This document shows positions 33,671 through 43,956 of a DNA stretch of 64,000 nt, in pieces; the first letter of the stretch is position 1, and each line of letters begins with the position of its first letter. The translations under genes were made by a program, and so were the position numbers. The stretch is taken from IMG/VR virus record IMGVR_UViG_3300027782_000071, positions 1-64,000 of that record; one strand, written 5' to 3'. The notes under the pieces are model-generated. The model did not search any database, was not told the DNA's origin, and saw nothing but the letters and a program-made list of their open reading frames with translations. The stretch comes from an uncultured virus (IMG/VR IMGVR_UViG_3300027782_000071). Lineage: Duplodnaviria; Heunggongvirae; Uroviricota; Caudoviricetes.

Positions 33671-35767
33671 TTAAAATCCAAGATTCTTTCTACGAACAAA
33701 TTTTAAATCATATGTCGTATGTGAAGCGGATAGTGTTTCATTATTAAATGGATATTCAAATGGATGAAAATTCCAATCTGTTCCTTCTTGATTTCTCCAA
33801 TAGTCTCCCCATTTTTCTCTCATATAATACCCATTACAGTCATGGGCATAATCTATTTTTTCCCTCAATTGAGGATCTGTTCTCCAAGTTTGAGACCCAC
33901 TATTTTCATAATCTTTTTCGCCATGTAGATATTCTACCGACAGATTATGAATCTTAATATTTTTCTTCACGGTTCTCAAATAATAATCACAATCCTCCAT
34001 ATAAGCGGGATAAAAATTCTCATCAAATAATCCACACTCTTGAATAACTGAATCTTTAATTAAAAACAAATCCCATTGATATTGCTTTCCTTTGATAATA
34101 TCAACATTTTCATCCTTCGATTTCTCCACAAATTCTTTTAATAAATTTGGAGTAAATGCAATATCATGACTACAGATAATCCAATATGGAGATTGCATGT
34201 ATGATTTGATAATTAAATTATAAGCTCCAGAGCATCCAATATTTGATGGTAGATTGCAAATATGAATTTTTTGAATAAAGTTATGAGGGGTTTTAGAGAG
34301 TCTCTCCAAATCCTCATCAAGTTCACCCCTTCCGTTATTATTAATTACACATAATTCTTTAACAGGATAATCAACACTATCAACTAATCTTTGCAACCAA
34401 TTAAAACCATTAACAATTGGTACACCAATTACGGGGATTGGATTTGAAAACTCTGGTGGTAATTTTTTTTCAACTTCAACTCCAATACGATTTAAGTTTT
34501 CGTATACCGATTGTTGATATTGTGCGTTTAAATCATAATTATTATAGAGATCTAATAAAATTGATTTAGATTCCTCATTTTTTCCCCACCACCAACCAGA
34601 GATTGCCTTTTCAAAAAGAAGTCCATATCTTCCAGGATATTCAACATCAGTTAAAAGTGGAGGATTGGATTCAAAATCTGCGTACATCAATGCATTATTA
34701 GCATGAATATAACAATCTTGCCACCATTGCCTTCTTTCAGCAAATCTACTTAAAAGAAAATATGCTTCTGGTCTTTTGGGTAATACACAGAGTGCTTGTT
34801 CAAGAAGAGATTTTGCACTTCCATCTCTAGTACCTTGCTTATCATAACAATATGATGCACGAATCAATGCCTCATAGGCAAGATTATCATCATCAGATCT
34901 CTCAGCGCATCTCAAAAAATAAGAAAGTGCTGGGGCCGTATGTCCCTGATTTTCATACCAAACAGCAATATTAAAATTATGCATTGGATTCTCAGTATCC
35001 AAAGAATAATTGGTCAAAAGTTGTTCCAGTTCTGATTTTAAATGAATCTTCTTTATTTCCATTTTAGATTTCCAATAATTCAATACAATATTATGAGCAA
35101 TTTTATGATTATTTTTTTGTCCAAAATTTACATCGTCATCCTGATCTTTTGAAAATGTTGAATCAAATTCAATATTTTCTACAAATAATGGAACAGTATA
35201 TGTTTTACCCGTCGTGAATAAAATATTTTCTATTAAAGGCATTATTTCACAATTTGGAATTTCCAAGTGAAAAGTATCACCGTTAATATAAGTATCTATA
35301 AGTTTTTTTGCATATCCCCTAGTAATAATATATGCAGTTGCTCCCCAATCATTCCAATATCTATCACGAATAGAAAACGTATCAAAATCTTGCCTAATTG
35401 TTAATAACTGAATACAGTCATAATCCATGGGAAAAGTTTTTACAAATTCTTCCCAAGTAAAGTCCCAATATTCAATAGTTTCTAACGAAAGATCATCCTC
35501 ACAAAAAAATGCAAAATTTTCATTATAATTTTCATACCAATGCTTAATGGCTTTCAAGTGTGATACACAACATCCAGCAGTTCCAGCATTTAATTGATGT
35601 AAATATTTACCACTAACACTATCATTAGATTCAGAAAATCTTTTTGAAATTATGGGAGTTAAGGAAATATTATATTTGGAGAATTGATCGTTCATATTTT
35701 TTTGACGATCTACACACTCCTCCAAAGACATGTAATATGCAGTTGGAAAATTTTCTAACTTATTCAT
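33671..35767 (-). CDS. Multidomain glycosyltransferase: GT25-like, TPR-like, GT2-like
   Basis: GCCVSHLKAI...CEDD...ATAYII (GT25); helical LP.RPEAY repeats; INNN...NIGCSGAYN...GLFDENFYPAYMEDCDY (GT2). Confidence 0.82.
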   Translation of the reverse strand: MNKLENFPTAYYMSLEECVDRQKNMNDQFSKYNISLTPIISKRFSESNDSVSGKYLHQLNAGTAGCCVSHLKAIKHWYENYNENFAFFCEDDLSLETIEYWDFTWEEFVKTFPMDYDCIQLLTIRQDFDTFSIRDRYWNDWGATAYIITRGYAKKLIDTYINGDTFHLEIPNCEIMPLIENILFTTGKTYTVPLFVENIEFDSTFSKDQDDDVNFGQKNNHKIAHNIVLNYWKSKMEIKKIHLKSELEQLLTNYSLDTENPMHNFNIAVWYENQGHTAPALSYFLRCAERSDDDNLAYEALIRASYCYDKQGTRDGSAKSLLEQALCVLPKRPEAYFLLSRFAERRQWWQDCYIHANNALMYADFESNPPLLTDVEYPGRYGLLFEKAISGWWWGKNEESKSILLDLYNNYDLNAQYQQSVYENLNRIGVEVEKKLPPEFSNPIPVIGVPIVNGFNWLQRLVDSVDYPVKELCVINNNGRGELDEDLERLSKTPHNFIQKIHICNLPSNIGCSGAYNLIIKSYMQSPYWIICSHDIAFTPNLLKEFVEKSKDENVDIIKGKQYQWDLFLIKDSVIQECGLFDENFYPAYMEDCDYYLRTVKKNIKIHNLSVEYLHGEKDYENSGSQTWRTDPQLREKIDYAHDCNGYYMREKWGDYWRNQEGTDWNFHPFEYPFNNETLSASHTTYDLKFVRRKNLGF

Positions 35768-36596
35768 GTTCCTTTGCAATATAAAATTGAGGATGTACTT
35801 CCTCCACTTTCCACTCAGTCATTGGATTCGCATAAATGTAATTTTTTTCCATATTAGATATCCATTCATGATTCATATTAATATGTGTTTGTGCCAAACA
35901 AAAATCAGTTTGCCATTCCAATTCTTGGTTTCCAAATCCATTATTTTTTAATACTTCTTTTATTTCATCTCTACGATGTCTTTCAGAATCTGATGCTTCA
36001 AAATTTTCTGTTCTTTTATTATCTGGATGAGGAATATGAATTATATTGTGGTCATAATCAATTCCACGATTTTTTAAACCACAATTTTCCAATCTAATCA
36101 TAATATCTTGATCTTCAGAAGCATACCATTTGCGGAATTTTTCAGAAAAACCATTTACCTTCATAAAATTGTCTTTTGAAAGGTAAAGAAATCCAAACAA
36201 ATACTTATAATAAGGATCGAATCCTCTATCAATAGTATTTTGTCCACAAACAAAAGATTGATCATCTATAAAATAGTTTTCATTTTCAAAAAAACTAAAG
36301 TATGGATTTAAGATATAGTCACAATCCATTTTAAGAATATACTTACTGGTCGCTAACACAGCAGCAAGATTTAATGGTTGTGGTTGATTAAAATACTTTT
36401 GATCGGGTACTGATACAATTTTAATCCTTTTATCCCATTTTGTCAAATATTCCAACGATTCATCTGAGCTCCAATCAACAATAATAATTTCAGAAATTTG
36501 GTCAAAATTTAACCAAGATCGAAGAGAAATATTTAATGCAGGATTTCTATTTTTACAGGCACAAATAGCGGTAATAGATTTTTCAAACATATTCAT
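35760..36596 (-). CDS. GT-A glycosyltransferase (GT2/GT7-like)
   Basis: IIIVDWSS, LKMDCD (DxD), F.KVNGF.E....Y..ED.D...RL. Confidence 0.82.
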   Translation of the reverse strand: MNMFEKSITAICACKNRNPALNISLRSWLNFDQISEIIIVDWSSDESLEYLTKWDKRIKIVSVPDQKYFNQPQPLNLAAVLATSKYILKMDCDYILNPYFSFFENENYFIDDQSFVCGQNTIDRGFDPYYKYLFGFLYLSKDNFMKVNGFSEKFRKWYASEDQDIMIRLENCGLKNRGIDYDHNIIHIPHPDNKRTENFEASDSERHRRDEIKEVLKNNGFGNQELEWQTDFCLAQTHINMNHEWISNMEKNYIYANPMTEWKVEEVHPQFYIAKEHE

Positions 36597-36600
36597 ATAA

Positions 36601-38238
36601 TTAATTTTTTGTATATTGCCAAACACCAGAAGAATGTACGATCACGCTATCGCCAAAATATTCATGAACAGCTTTTGATACTCCAGGAAAATGATTATAG
36701 TCATCTCCACAAATAATTCCATTTTGTTTTAATTTTGGATACCATGCAGTAATATCAGCAAGAACATCAGAGTATTCATGTGAGGCGTCAACATAGATTA
36801 TATCAATGCTACTATCATCAAATTCGTTGCAAGAATTTAAACTAGTACCCCTAATAGTTTGTACATATTGAGAGACTTTACAATAATCAAGATGCTTTTC
36901 ATATTCTTGTAAAAAACTAGAATTATTTGCAGTCAATTGAGTTGAGATATCAATATGACATTGTTCAGTTTGACTGCCTTCAAAGGTATCAATTGCATAG
37001 AATTTCACATCCTTATTTGACTTTTTAATCAATTCAGCAATGTAACAAGTTGATCTTCCCATGAAACATCCAACCTCAACAACAGTTGATTCTGAAGGAA
37101 TTTCCTTTATGTACTTTTTAAATACTTCGGTGTGTGCAAACCATCCCGGCACGTGCTCCCAACTTGGATTTTCTGGAGTATTTAAATTTCCATAATTGTA
37201 GTAAGTATTATCTATAGCATTGGTTGGAATTATTTTTACAAATTTGCTACTACTATTACCAAATATAAAATCAGTAACAAACTGCTTTGAAACGCGAAGA
37301 AGGTATGCGGCGTTGTCTTGAAATCCAAAAGTGATCAAATAATCATTTTCATACTCACACATACCAACAGCAAATTCCACTTCTGCATTTAAAAATGCAA
37401 ATTGATCAGAAACTTTTACAATATTCCAATCTTTATCCCAAACAACAAATCGATGACGATATGTACCATCTTTCCTATCCGCTGGACTACGGAAAAGATA
37501 CGTTTCGTGATTAAGACAAACACGATACTCCCCCATAGGAATTACTTGAGATCCTCCACGAAGATCAATGCATCCAAGATTTTTCCAATCTTTAACCAGA
37601 ACTTGTTCTGTGGTATTTGTCTCTATATCATATTTTACAACTTCAGTTCCATTAGTCCATTTGACAAAGTGATATGGCATATCAAGAATTGGCATCCAAT
37701 TCTTTTCACAATATGATCCTTCATTCCCAACATGATTTGGAACTGGAATGCGATATTGGGCAATTTCCTTTACTCCATCTTCAGTGATTTCAATTTCAGA
37801 GAGTTCCATTCTACCAATACCGGTAGTTTCAAGATCTCGTCTTACTCCACACATGTAGAGTTTTCCATCCCATCGAACAATTCTTGCATCTTCAAGTCCA
37901 ACAAATTCCCAAAGTTCTTTATCTGGAAACTTTGATGTATCGATATGATTGTATCGTTTAATTTGCATATTTTCATCAACTTCGCACATAATATTTTTTG
38001 TACGAAGACGCAAATCATTCTCGGGATGAATATAAACCAATGGTCCCCAATGATGCTCAAATTTTTTCTTTTCAGAATGATAAAGGGTATAATTTATATT
38101 TCTAAGATTCATAAGAATCTTTCCATTATCATTATAAATTGATGGGTTAGTTACCGCAGGCCCCATCAAATATGAAGATGGGACCAATAATGGATGAATA
38201 CTTCCACCATTTTCTAATGCACGTTTTACAAAATTCAT
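36601..38238 (-). CDS. Glycosidase/phosphorylase-like beta-propeller fused to a Methyltransf_24-type SAM methyltransferase
   Basis: NPSI, GLEDARI, EKNWMP, LRGGSQ, VEFAVG; then VEVGCFMGRST, IDTFEGS, IYVDASHEY, GDDY. Confidence 0.8.
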   Translation of the reverse strand: MNFVKRALENGGSIHPLLVPSSYLMGPAVTNPSIYNDNGKILMNLRNINYTLYHSEKKKFEHHWGPLVYIHPENDLRLRTKNIMCEVDENMQIKRYNHIDTSKFPDKELWEFVGLEDARIVRWDGKLYMCGVRRDLETTGIGRMELSEIEITEDGVKEIAQYRIPVPNHVGNEGSYCEKNWMPILDMPYHFVKWTNGTEVVKYDIETNTTEQVLVKDWKNLGCIDLRGGSQVIPMGEYRVCLNHETYLFRSPADRKDGTYRHRFVVWDKDWNIVKVSDQFAFLNAEVEFAVGMCEYENDYLITFGFQDNAAYLLRVSKQFVTDFIFGNSSSKFVKIIPTNAIDNTYYNYGNLNTPENPSWEHVPGWFAHTEVFKKYIKEIPSESTVVEVGCFMGRSTCYIAELIKKSNKDVKFYAIDTFEGSQTEQCHIDISTQLTANNSSFLQEYEKHLDYCKVSQYVQTIRGTSLNSCNEFDDSSIDIIYVDASHEYSDVLADITAWYPKLKQNGIICGDDYNHFPGVSKAVHEYFGDSVIVHSSGVWQYTKN

Positions 38239-38256
38239 AATAACTAAAAAAATTTA

Positions 38257-38472
38257 TTATTCGGTTACTTCTTCAGCAGTGGTTTCTACAACTTCAGGTT
38301 GTGGTTCTGGAACTGGTGTAGTAATAGTGATTTCGATCTGGTGATCCGCACCATGCTCTTCAATCAATGCTGCTACTTCCTCAACAGTATAACCAGTAGT
38401 ATTTGCTGGATCCGCAGTCAAGTGATATACATGCATCAAAGGCATTGTAAGAGTTTCAGTTTTAGTATCCAT
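38257..38472 (-). CDS. Small acidic hypothetical protein in the glycosylation cluster
   Basis: 71 aa, with SD GGAGG. Confidence 0.6.
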   Translation of the reverse strand: MDTKTETLTMPLMHVYHLTADPANTTGYTVEEVAALIEEHGADHQIEITITTPVPEPQPEVVETTAEEVTE

Positions 38473-40329
38473 TTAAAATTTCCTCCAAAGTTCTTTTGAA
38501 AATTTAACCCAGTCTTGGATTCTAGTATCCCAACTGTAGTAGTTATTTATTACTTGTACTTGAGCGGTGCTATCAAACTGCCCATTTCGGTATTCCGTAA
38601 TAGTTTGTTTGAGTTCTCCTGCAAAACGCTCAATGTGCTTTTGACGATCAGGAATATACCCATAAAGACGAGCAAATCCCATTCCAGTCTCAGGAAGTGC
38701 TGCAAGATTACTTGCAACAACAGAACATCCAGCAGCAAGTGCTTCAATCAAACAAATACAAGATGTCTCTTGGAAATATGATGGATATGCAAAGATATGA
38801 GTCTTCATGAGTTGCTCACGGATCTTAGAGTTATTCGTTCTTGTATGGCGAACAATTCTCTTATCAGCATTTGCAAGTGCTAAGCAATAGCGAAGAAACT
38901 GTTCTTCTTGCTCATTGACATGAGAGTATTCATAAGTTTGCAGGCCCTGAGCATATTGTTTTTTACGCTCATCAGGATCAAGTTCATGAAAAATATGAAG
39001 TTCAAAGTCCTCTTCTGGAATTAGTTTAATACCTTCTAGAAGAAGATCCAATCCACGAATAGGATTAGGATGGAACATCAATTGAAGTTTTCCTTCTGGT
39101 TTTTTATGTGATTCAAATGGATGAATAGCATTCTTAAGAACAAAACATTTTTCCATGGGAAGATTAAACTTCTCACCAAATCTTTCGTACTGCCAGTCAG
39201 AAACAAACACATATGCCTTGAAATGTTTCTGGAATTGTTTATCCATCAACTGTTCAAGACCAACCTCATTATGATGAGGATGCAACCAAACAATGTTAGA
39301 ATTATCTGGTGCAATAATATTATCTCCAGGAATCACACACCAGTGCCAATCAGCAAGATCTGGTGCGGCAGGAAGAACTAAATCTTGCCATGCTCTTCCC
39401 ATAATCTCCGTACCACCAGTTCCATCAGGATTCAATGATGCCTCAAGAAGTGGTGGCATATTGTTGTGAAGAAACTCTGGTTTTGTTACAACTTCAGGTT
39501 CTGGCATTTTATAATATTCTTCTGCGAATGTTTTAATTATAGCACTTTTAAAGTCTTCTGGAAAGTTTGAAAAGTCATATTTGATGAATTGCTTATTCTC
39601 ATGCTTACGATCTAAAAGATCAGTTCCAGTTTTAATTGCTTTAAGAATGTGCTGTTCGTTTTTAATTTCATCTGTATTGAATTCCTGATGAGCATAAGAT
39701 TCAATCTTTGTTTTGATTTGTTCAACACCACCAAAAAATGTAAGATGCCATCCAGACTTTTCTGCAAATGGGAATGAAAAACAATTTGCTCTTAAGTAGT
39801 TACATCCTTTTTCTAAGGCATTTCCAACTGTAGTGAATACAGTTCCCGCCCAAGTATCATTTTCATAAGTGTTAAAATTATAATAAAAGTTATCACATAT
39901 TGCAGTTGCAAATGGTTCTTTAGAAATATTATCTTTCATATAAAGGATGAGTTCCTTTTTAGGAATCTCATCGGCATCACTTAACATGAAAAGATCTTCA
40001 AAAGCAAACTGAAATAGACCTTTACTAATATGATCTCTCTGACCTTGTTCTAGTTTCCAAAATCCAGATTCAAAATCACATTCTTCTTTGTTACTAAAAT
40101 CATATTCACTAATGTCTGGTTCATATTGCAATCTAATAATTTTATTACGAAGTTCTTCATCAAACTGATCAATCACTTGATCCAAATAATATGGTTTTGG
40201 TTTTCCAGAATGCGTATAGTTACATTCTGAGATTACAAAATAATCTACCACATCACGAAGATATTCCAATCTTAACTTAAGAATATCAAACTCATTGAAA
40301 AATGAAAATCCATCAATAACTTTCATCAC
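38473..40329 (-). CDS. Fused GT17-like (GlcNAc transferase) and GT-B (GT4-like) glycosyltransferase
   Basis: FFNEFDILKLRL..L...VDYFVI.E...THSGKPK, LSDADEIP, GWHLTFFGG; then GGTE, FVSDWQ, YPSYFQETSCICLIEA.AAG. Confidence 0.85.
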   Translation of the reverse strand: MMKVIDGFSFFNEFDILKLRLEYLRDVVDYFVISECNYTHSGKPKPYYLDQVIDQFDEELRNKIIRLQYEPDISEYDFSNKEECDFESGFWKLEQGQRDHISKGLFQFAFEDLFMLSDADEIPKKELILYMKDNISKEPFATAICDNFYYNFNTYENDTWAGTVFTTVGNALEKGCNYLRANCFSFPFAEKSGWHLTFFGGVEQIKTKIESYAHQEFNTDEIKNEQHILKAIKTGTDLLDRKHENKQFIKYDFSNFPEDFKSAIIKTFAEEYYKMPEPEVVTKPEFLHNNMPPLLEASLNPDGTGGTEIMGRAWQDLVLPAAPDLADWHWCVIPGDNIIAPDNSNIVWLHPHHNEVGLEQLMDKQFQKHFKAYVFVSDWQYERFGEKFNLPMEKCFVLKNAIHPFESHKKPEGKLQLMFHPNPIRGLDLLLEGIKLIPEEDFELHIFHELDPDERKKQYAQGLQTYEYSHVNEQEEQFLRYCLALANADKRIVRHTRTNNSKIREQLMKTHIFAYPSYFQETSCICLIEALAAGCSVVASNLAALPETGMGFARLYGYIPDRQKHIERFAGELKQTITEYRNGQFDSTAQVQVINNYYSWDTRIQDWVKFSKELWRKF

Positions 40330-41168
40330 AACACCTCCTTAAGAAAGTTTTCCATAGGAGACTTTTTAAATACTTCTAGAGCATTTTCTGCACCATTATC
40401 CATTTGTACTGGATTTCTAAGAAGTTCGTATGCAGTGTTAACAAACTCATGATAAGGTGCTGTATAAGATGTTTGTTCCATATATGAAGGAAAATCAGTA
40501 TCTGGATTTCTTTCACAAAGAACAGGAACATTATTTTGAATCAAATGACTTATACGAACCATTTCAAAGATCTTATTGTCATTGTTATGTAGATTAATCA
40601 CCAACTTTGCTCTCTTAATATAATCATCTCTTTCATCACCATAAATGCTATTAATAGAAACAAAATTAATATTTGGATCCTTTTCAAAGACTTCCATTAC
40701 AGCAAGTCTTCTAGGAGAAGGATTCATATAAGCAAGAATGTCAATATCCCTTTCTTCAGGTCTATTTCTTTCAAAATAACTAATCTCTGGAACGTAACCA
40801 ATCTTACAGTGTTTGATGTTCTCAACTCCTGCCTTACGAAGAACTTCAACATTTCTCATTGAATAGTCCCACACTTCAAGACCACGATACTTACGACACC
40901 AACGCATACATTCTGGGGCATCTTTCATTTGCTCCAAGGAATAAATGATCGTATCCTTTGGAATATCATGTCTCACAACATCCACAGGACAGTGATGCAT
41001 CCCAAATACAATGTTTCGTGCATTAGTTTTAAACTCATTCACACTATTGGTAACTTCATATCCCATTCTTTGAAGAGTGAAGAACATCGCTGCTTCAATT
41101 TCATTAAAGACCTGAGAATGAACATAAAACCCATTATCGGGTACAATACGGCATAAATTAAATTTCAC
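40326..41168 (-). CDS. GT-B-like glycosyltransferase
   Basis: LEQ, VWDYS..N, DIDIL, YGDERD..I.RAKLVINLH, FE.VRI..L; GTG start inferred. Confidence 0.7.
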   Translation of the reverse strand: MKFNLCRIVPDNGFYVHSQVFNEIEAAMFFTLQRMGYEVTNSVNEFKTNARNIVFGMHHCPVDVVRHDIPKDTIIYSLEQMKDAPECMRWCRKYRGLEVWDYSMRNVEVLRKAGVENIKHCKIGYVPEISYFERNRPEERDIDILAYMNPSPRRLAVMEVFEKDPNINFVSINSIYGDERDDYIKRAKLVINLHNNDNKIFEMVRISHLIQNNVPVLCERNPDTDFPSYMEQTSYTAPYHEFVNTAYELLRNPVQMDNGAENALEVFKKSPMENFLKEVL

Positions 41169-42600
41169 GAATAAACTCTCCAAAATTCTTTTTGATTTCG
41201 TTAATAAGATTTATATCTTTACTCACAACTCCCAATCCGTTGCAATGTCCAAAATTAGTTTTAGGAAGACTGATCTCTTTAAAGAATCTACTCACACCGA
41301 ACTCTGGATTTTCAACCATGGTATCATGCATTAGTATTATACCACCTTCTTCCAAAAATGGCGACCACTTCTCAAAATCATTCTTGACTGCCTCATAGGT
41401 ATGAAGACCATCAATATGAAGAATATCAATCTTCTTATCCCAGGTTTGAACCACATCATCAAAGAATCCCTTAATGAAAGTAATATTATTCAGTTCAAGT
41501 TCTTTCTGTTTATCGGTCACATATTTGTAAAGTTGCTCAGTATCTCTTTCTCCTGCATGGACATCACCTTCAAAACTATCAATACCATAAACATGCCCAA
41601 TCTCAGGAATCGCAAAACAGAAAGTTGAGTATGCATAATCAACTCCCAGATCCACAATCGTTTCTGGTTTCTTATAGCGAACAATCCAATCAGCAAACCG
41701 ACGATGATCTCTCCAGTTGAATAGATTCTTACTACCAACTTCCATCAGAATATCAAGTTTGTTTCTGGTGTATTTTGTCTCATCAGTTTTAATATCTTCA
41801 CGATACATCTCAGGTGGGAAGTATGTGAAGTATCTTTCTAGCCCCTGATTATCATATTGATGATGGCGACGATAATGAAAACAATGTTGCTTTGGATTAC
41901 CAGTTGCCATCCAAAGTTCAAAACAATAGCGATAGTTTTGAAGTTCTCGCATCATTGCTTCTACATCCATATACTCTTCAATCTTAACTGGATGTTTCAG
42001 TTTGCGAATATAATCATTTCGTGCCCACCAGAAGTTTCCAGCATAGTGCTGAACCACAAAATCCAATTTAATATCATGGCGTTCGACCCAATCAACACCA
42101 CAACATTCATATCCTTCGTCCAGTTTAGCAATACAATCTTCCCACTTTTCAATATTATAATACTGCATATAGTGTCGCCAATCTTTAATGGCACCAGCAA
42201 TATGAGTTGTATAAGAACTTATTCCTTTATTATGAAAATAGAAAACATATCCATCCTCATTTTGGCAGTGCTCATAAATCTTTGCAAGAGTTTGACCCTC
42301 ATAAAGATTTGGTTGCTCTCCTAAAGGACGAGTATCAATGATATTCACAAATGGATAGCGATCTTTGATATAACCGAATACCATCTCATCATATGAATGT
42401 CCTGTCTTGGAATTATGCAATCCAAGAGGAAGAGTCACACACATATTAATTCTTGCCTTATCAGCAAGTCCAGATGATTTTAACAGTCCCATCTGCTCAT
42501 CAATCCACCAAACCCACATATTATTAGTATCGGGAATGAATAAATGATAGAAAACTGTAATGGTTTTTTCGACTTTCTTTTCGTTTCTATACTGTAACAT
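41158..42600 (-). CDS. Putative glycosyltransferase-like domain (YFHxKG...NFWWA) fused to Methyltransf_24
   Basis: YEGQTL, YFHNKG, HYAGNFWWA; then VDLGV, GIDSFEGD, ILHIDGLHTYEAV..DF, HD. Confidence 0.72.
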   Translation of the reverse strand: MLQYRNEKKVEKTITVFYHLFIPDTNNMWVWWIDEQMGLLKSSGLADKARINMCVTLPLGLHNSKTGHSYDEMVFGYIKDRYPFVNIIDTRPLGEQPNLYEGQTLAKIYEHCQNEDGYVFYFHNKGISSYTTHIAGAIKDWRHYMQYYNIEKWEDCIAKLDEGYECCGVDWVERHDIKLDFVVQHYAGNFWWARNDYIRKLKHPVKIEEYMDVEAMMRELQNYRYCFELWMATGNPKQHCFHYRRHHQYDNQGLERYFTYFPPEMYREDIKTDETKYTRNKLDILMEVGSKNLFNWRDHRRFADWIVRYKKPETIVDLGVDYAYSTFCFAIPEIGHVYGIDSFEGDVHAGERDTEQLYKYVTDKQKELELNNITFIKGFFDDVVQTWDKKIDILHIDGLHTYEAVKNDFEKWSPFLEEGGIILMHDTMVENPEFGVSRFFKEISLPKTNFGHCNGLGVVSKDINLINEIKKNFGEFIREI

Positions 42601-43300
42601 AACGCTCTCTTGGATAAGGTGCATAGTAATGATCAATCGCACTATAATGAATCGATCTTACCTTTGGACTATTGGTTGCCATCCAGACTTCATAACAGAA
42701 TCGATGGCCTTCAAACTTTTCTGTAAATTTTTCATCATAATATGAACTCCTGTCCAGAACATTCGGAAGAGTTTTAATATAATCAGTTGTTGCCCACCAG
42801 AAGTTTCCTGCAAAATGAGGATAAGGGTCACGAGTCCAGTTCGTAGAAACTGCATCAACCTGATCATCTTCTAGTTTTTTAATACAATCCTTCCACCTTT
42901 CAACACACCAATAGTTCATATAATGGCGCCAATCTCTTGTTGGGATTGTTTGATGTGAGTTTATGGCATGAAGCATTCCTTTAGAATGAATATAAAGAAC
43001 ATATCCATCATTTGCTTTTGAATATGTTTGAAGTTCTTTGAGTGTTTGTCCTTCAAATAAGTTCTCTTGTTCTCCTTTACCTTCAAGAATTCTAGAGGAA
43101 AGGATATTTACAAAAGGATATTTTTGTCTCACATAAATCTTGATTTCATTAATGGCATGATCTGGAGCAGCATAGCACATATTTACAGTTGCCACATCTG
43201 CAAGTCCAGAGGACTTAATCAATCCAAGTTGTTCATCCAAAAACTTATTCCAGAGACTATTGATTGCTCCAAGATGATAAAAGACTGCAAGTTTTTTCAT
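42587..43300 (-). CDS. Putative glycosyltransferase-like protein, paralog of the downstream gene's N-terminal domain
   Basis: FEGQTL, YIHSKG, DWRHYM, HFAGNFWWA, RFCYEVWM. Confidence 0.65.
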   Translation of the reverse strand: MKKLAVFYHLGAINSLWNKFLDEQLGLIKSSGLADVATVNMCYAAPDHAINEIKIYVRQKYPFVNILSSRILEGKGEQENLFEGQTLKELQTYSKANDGYVLYIHSKGMLHAINSHQTIPTRDWRHYMNYWCVERWKDCIKKLEDDQVDAVSTNWTRDPYPHFAGNFWWATTDYIKTLPNVLDRSSYYDEKFTEKFEGHRFCYEVWMATNSPKVRSIHYSAIDHYYAPYPRERYVTV

Positions 43301-43956
43301 ACTACAATATTAGATTTCACATGTCCTACGACTACAGTGGGATCTACATGAACTTGATATCCAAGATCTGCGACTCTTTCACACCAATAAAGATCTTCGC
43401 CCAATGGAAGATCATAAATCTCACCATCAACTTCCTGAGTAACTTTACCCAGTCCGTACCAAGGACGCTTCAAGGATTCAAAAACTCCTTGATTAACACA
43501 CATGAATCCAAGGCCAACACCATATGCGGGAAATGAATCTCCAGTTTGTTGAAGTGCTGTGATTTCTTCACGACTCATGGGACGAAAATCATCTTTGTTG
43601 CGATGAATCATGGCATCGGCACCTTGTGCTTCATAATAAACTCCAGAGATAATGTCTTTATCAGACTGAAGTAATTTTATAAACTGATCAGGATTCCAAA
43701 CAATATCACTATCAATACAGAAGATTTTATCGTAGGTGTATTGACCTTTTCCTGGTGCCCGATTAAAAACTTCCAGTTGGCGACTACCAGTAATCGTTGC
43801 TTCTCGTGCATTAGTGACAAGAGATGCATATTCATTTTGATAGTGCCAGGTGATATTATTTGCCTGAAGAACTTGAATCGTTCCCAGCAGTGATTTTACA
43901 TATTCAGACACCAGTGATTTTCCTGGAGTCATGATTACTACATTAAAATGAGTCAT
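43297..43956 (-). CDS. GT-A fold glycosyltransferase
   Basis: NARE, FCIDSDIVW (DxD), GLGFMC, GED..WC, GHVK. Confidence 0.78.
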   Translation of the reverse strand: MTHFNVVIMTPGKSLVSEYVKSLLGTIQVLQANNITWHYQNEYASLVTNAREATITGSRQLEVFNRAPGKGQYTYDKIFCIDSDIVWNPDQFIKLLQSDKDIISGVYYEAQGADAMIHRNKDDFRPMSREEITALQQTGDSFPAYGVGLGFMCVNQGVFESLKRPWYGLGKVTQEVDGEIYDLPLGEDLYWCERVADLGYQVHVDPTVVVGHVKSNIVV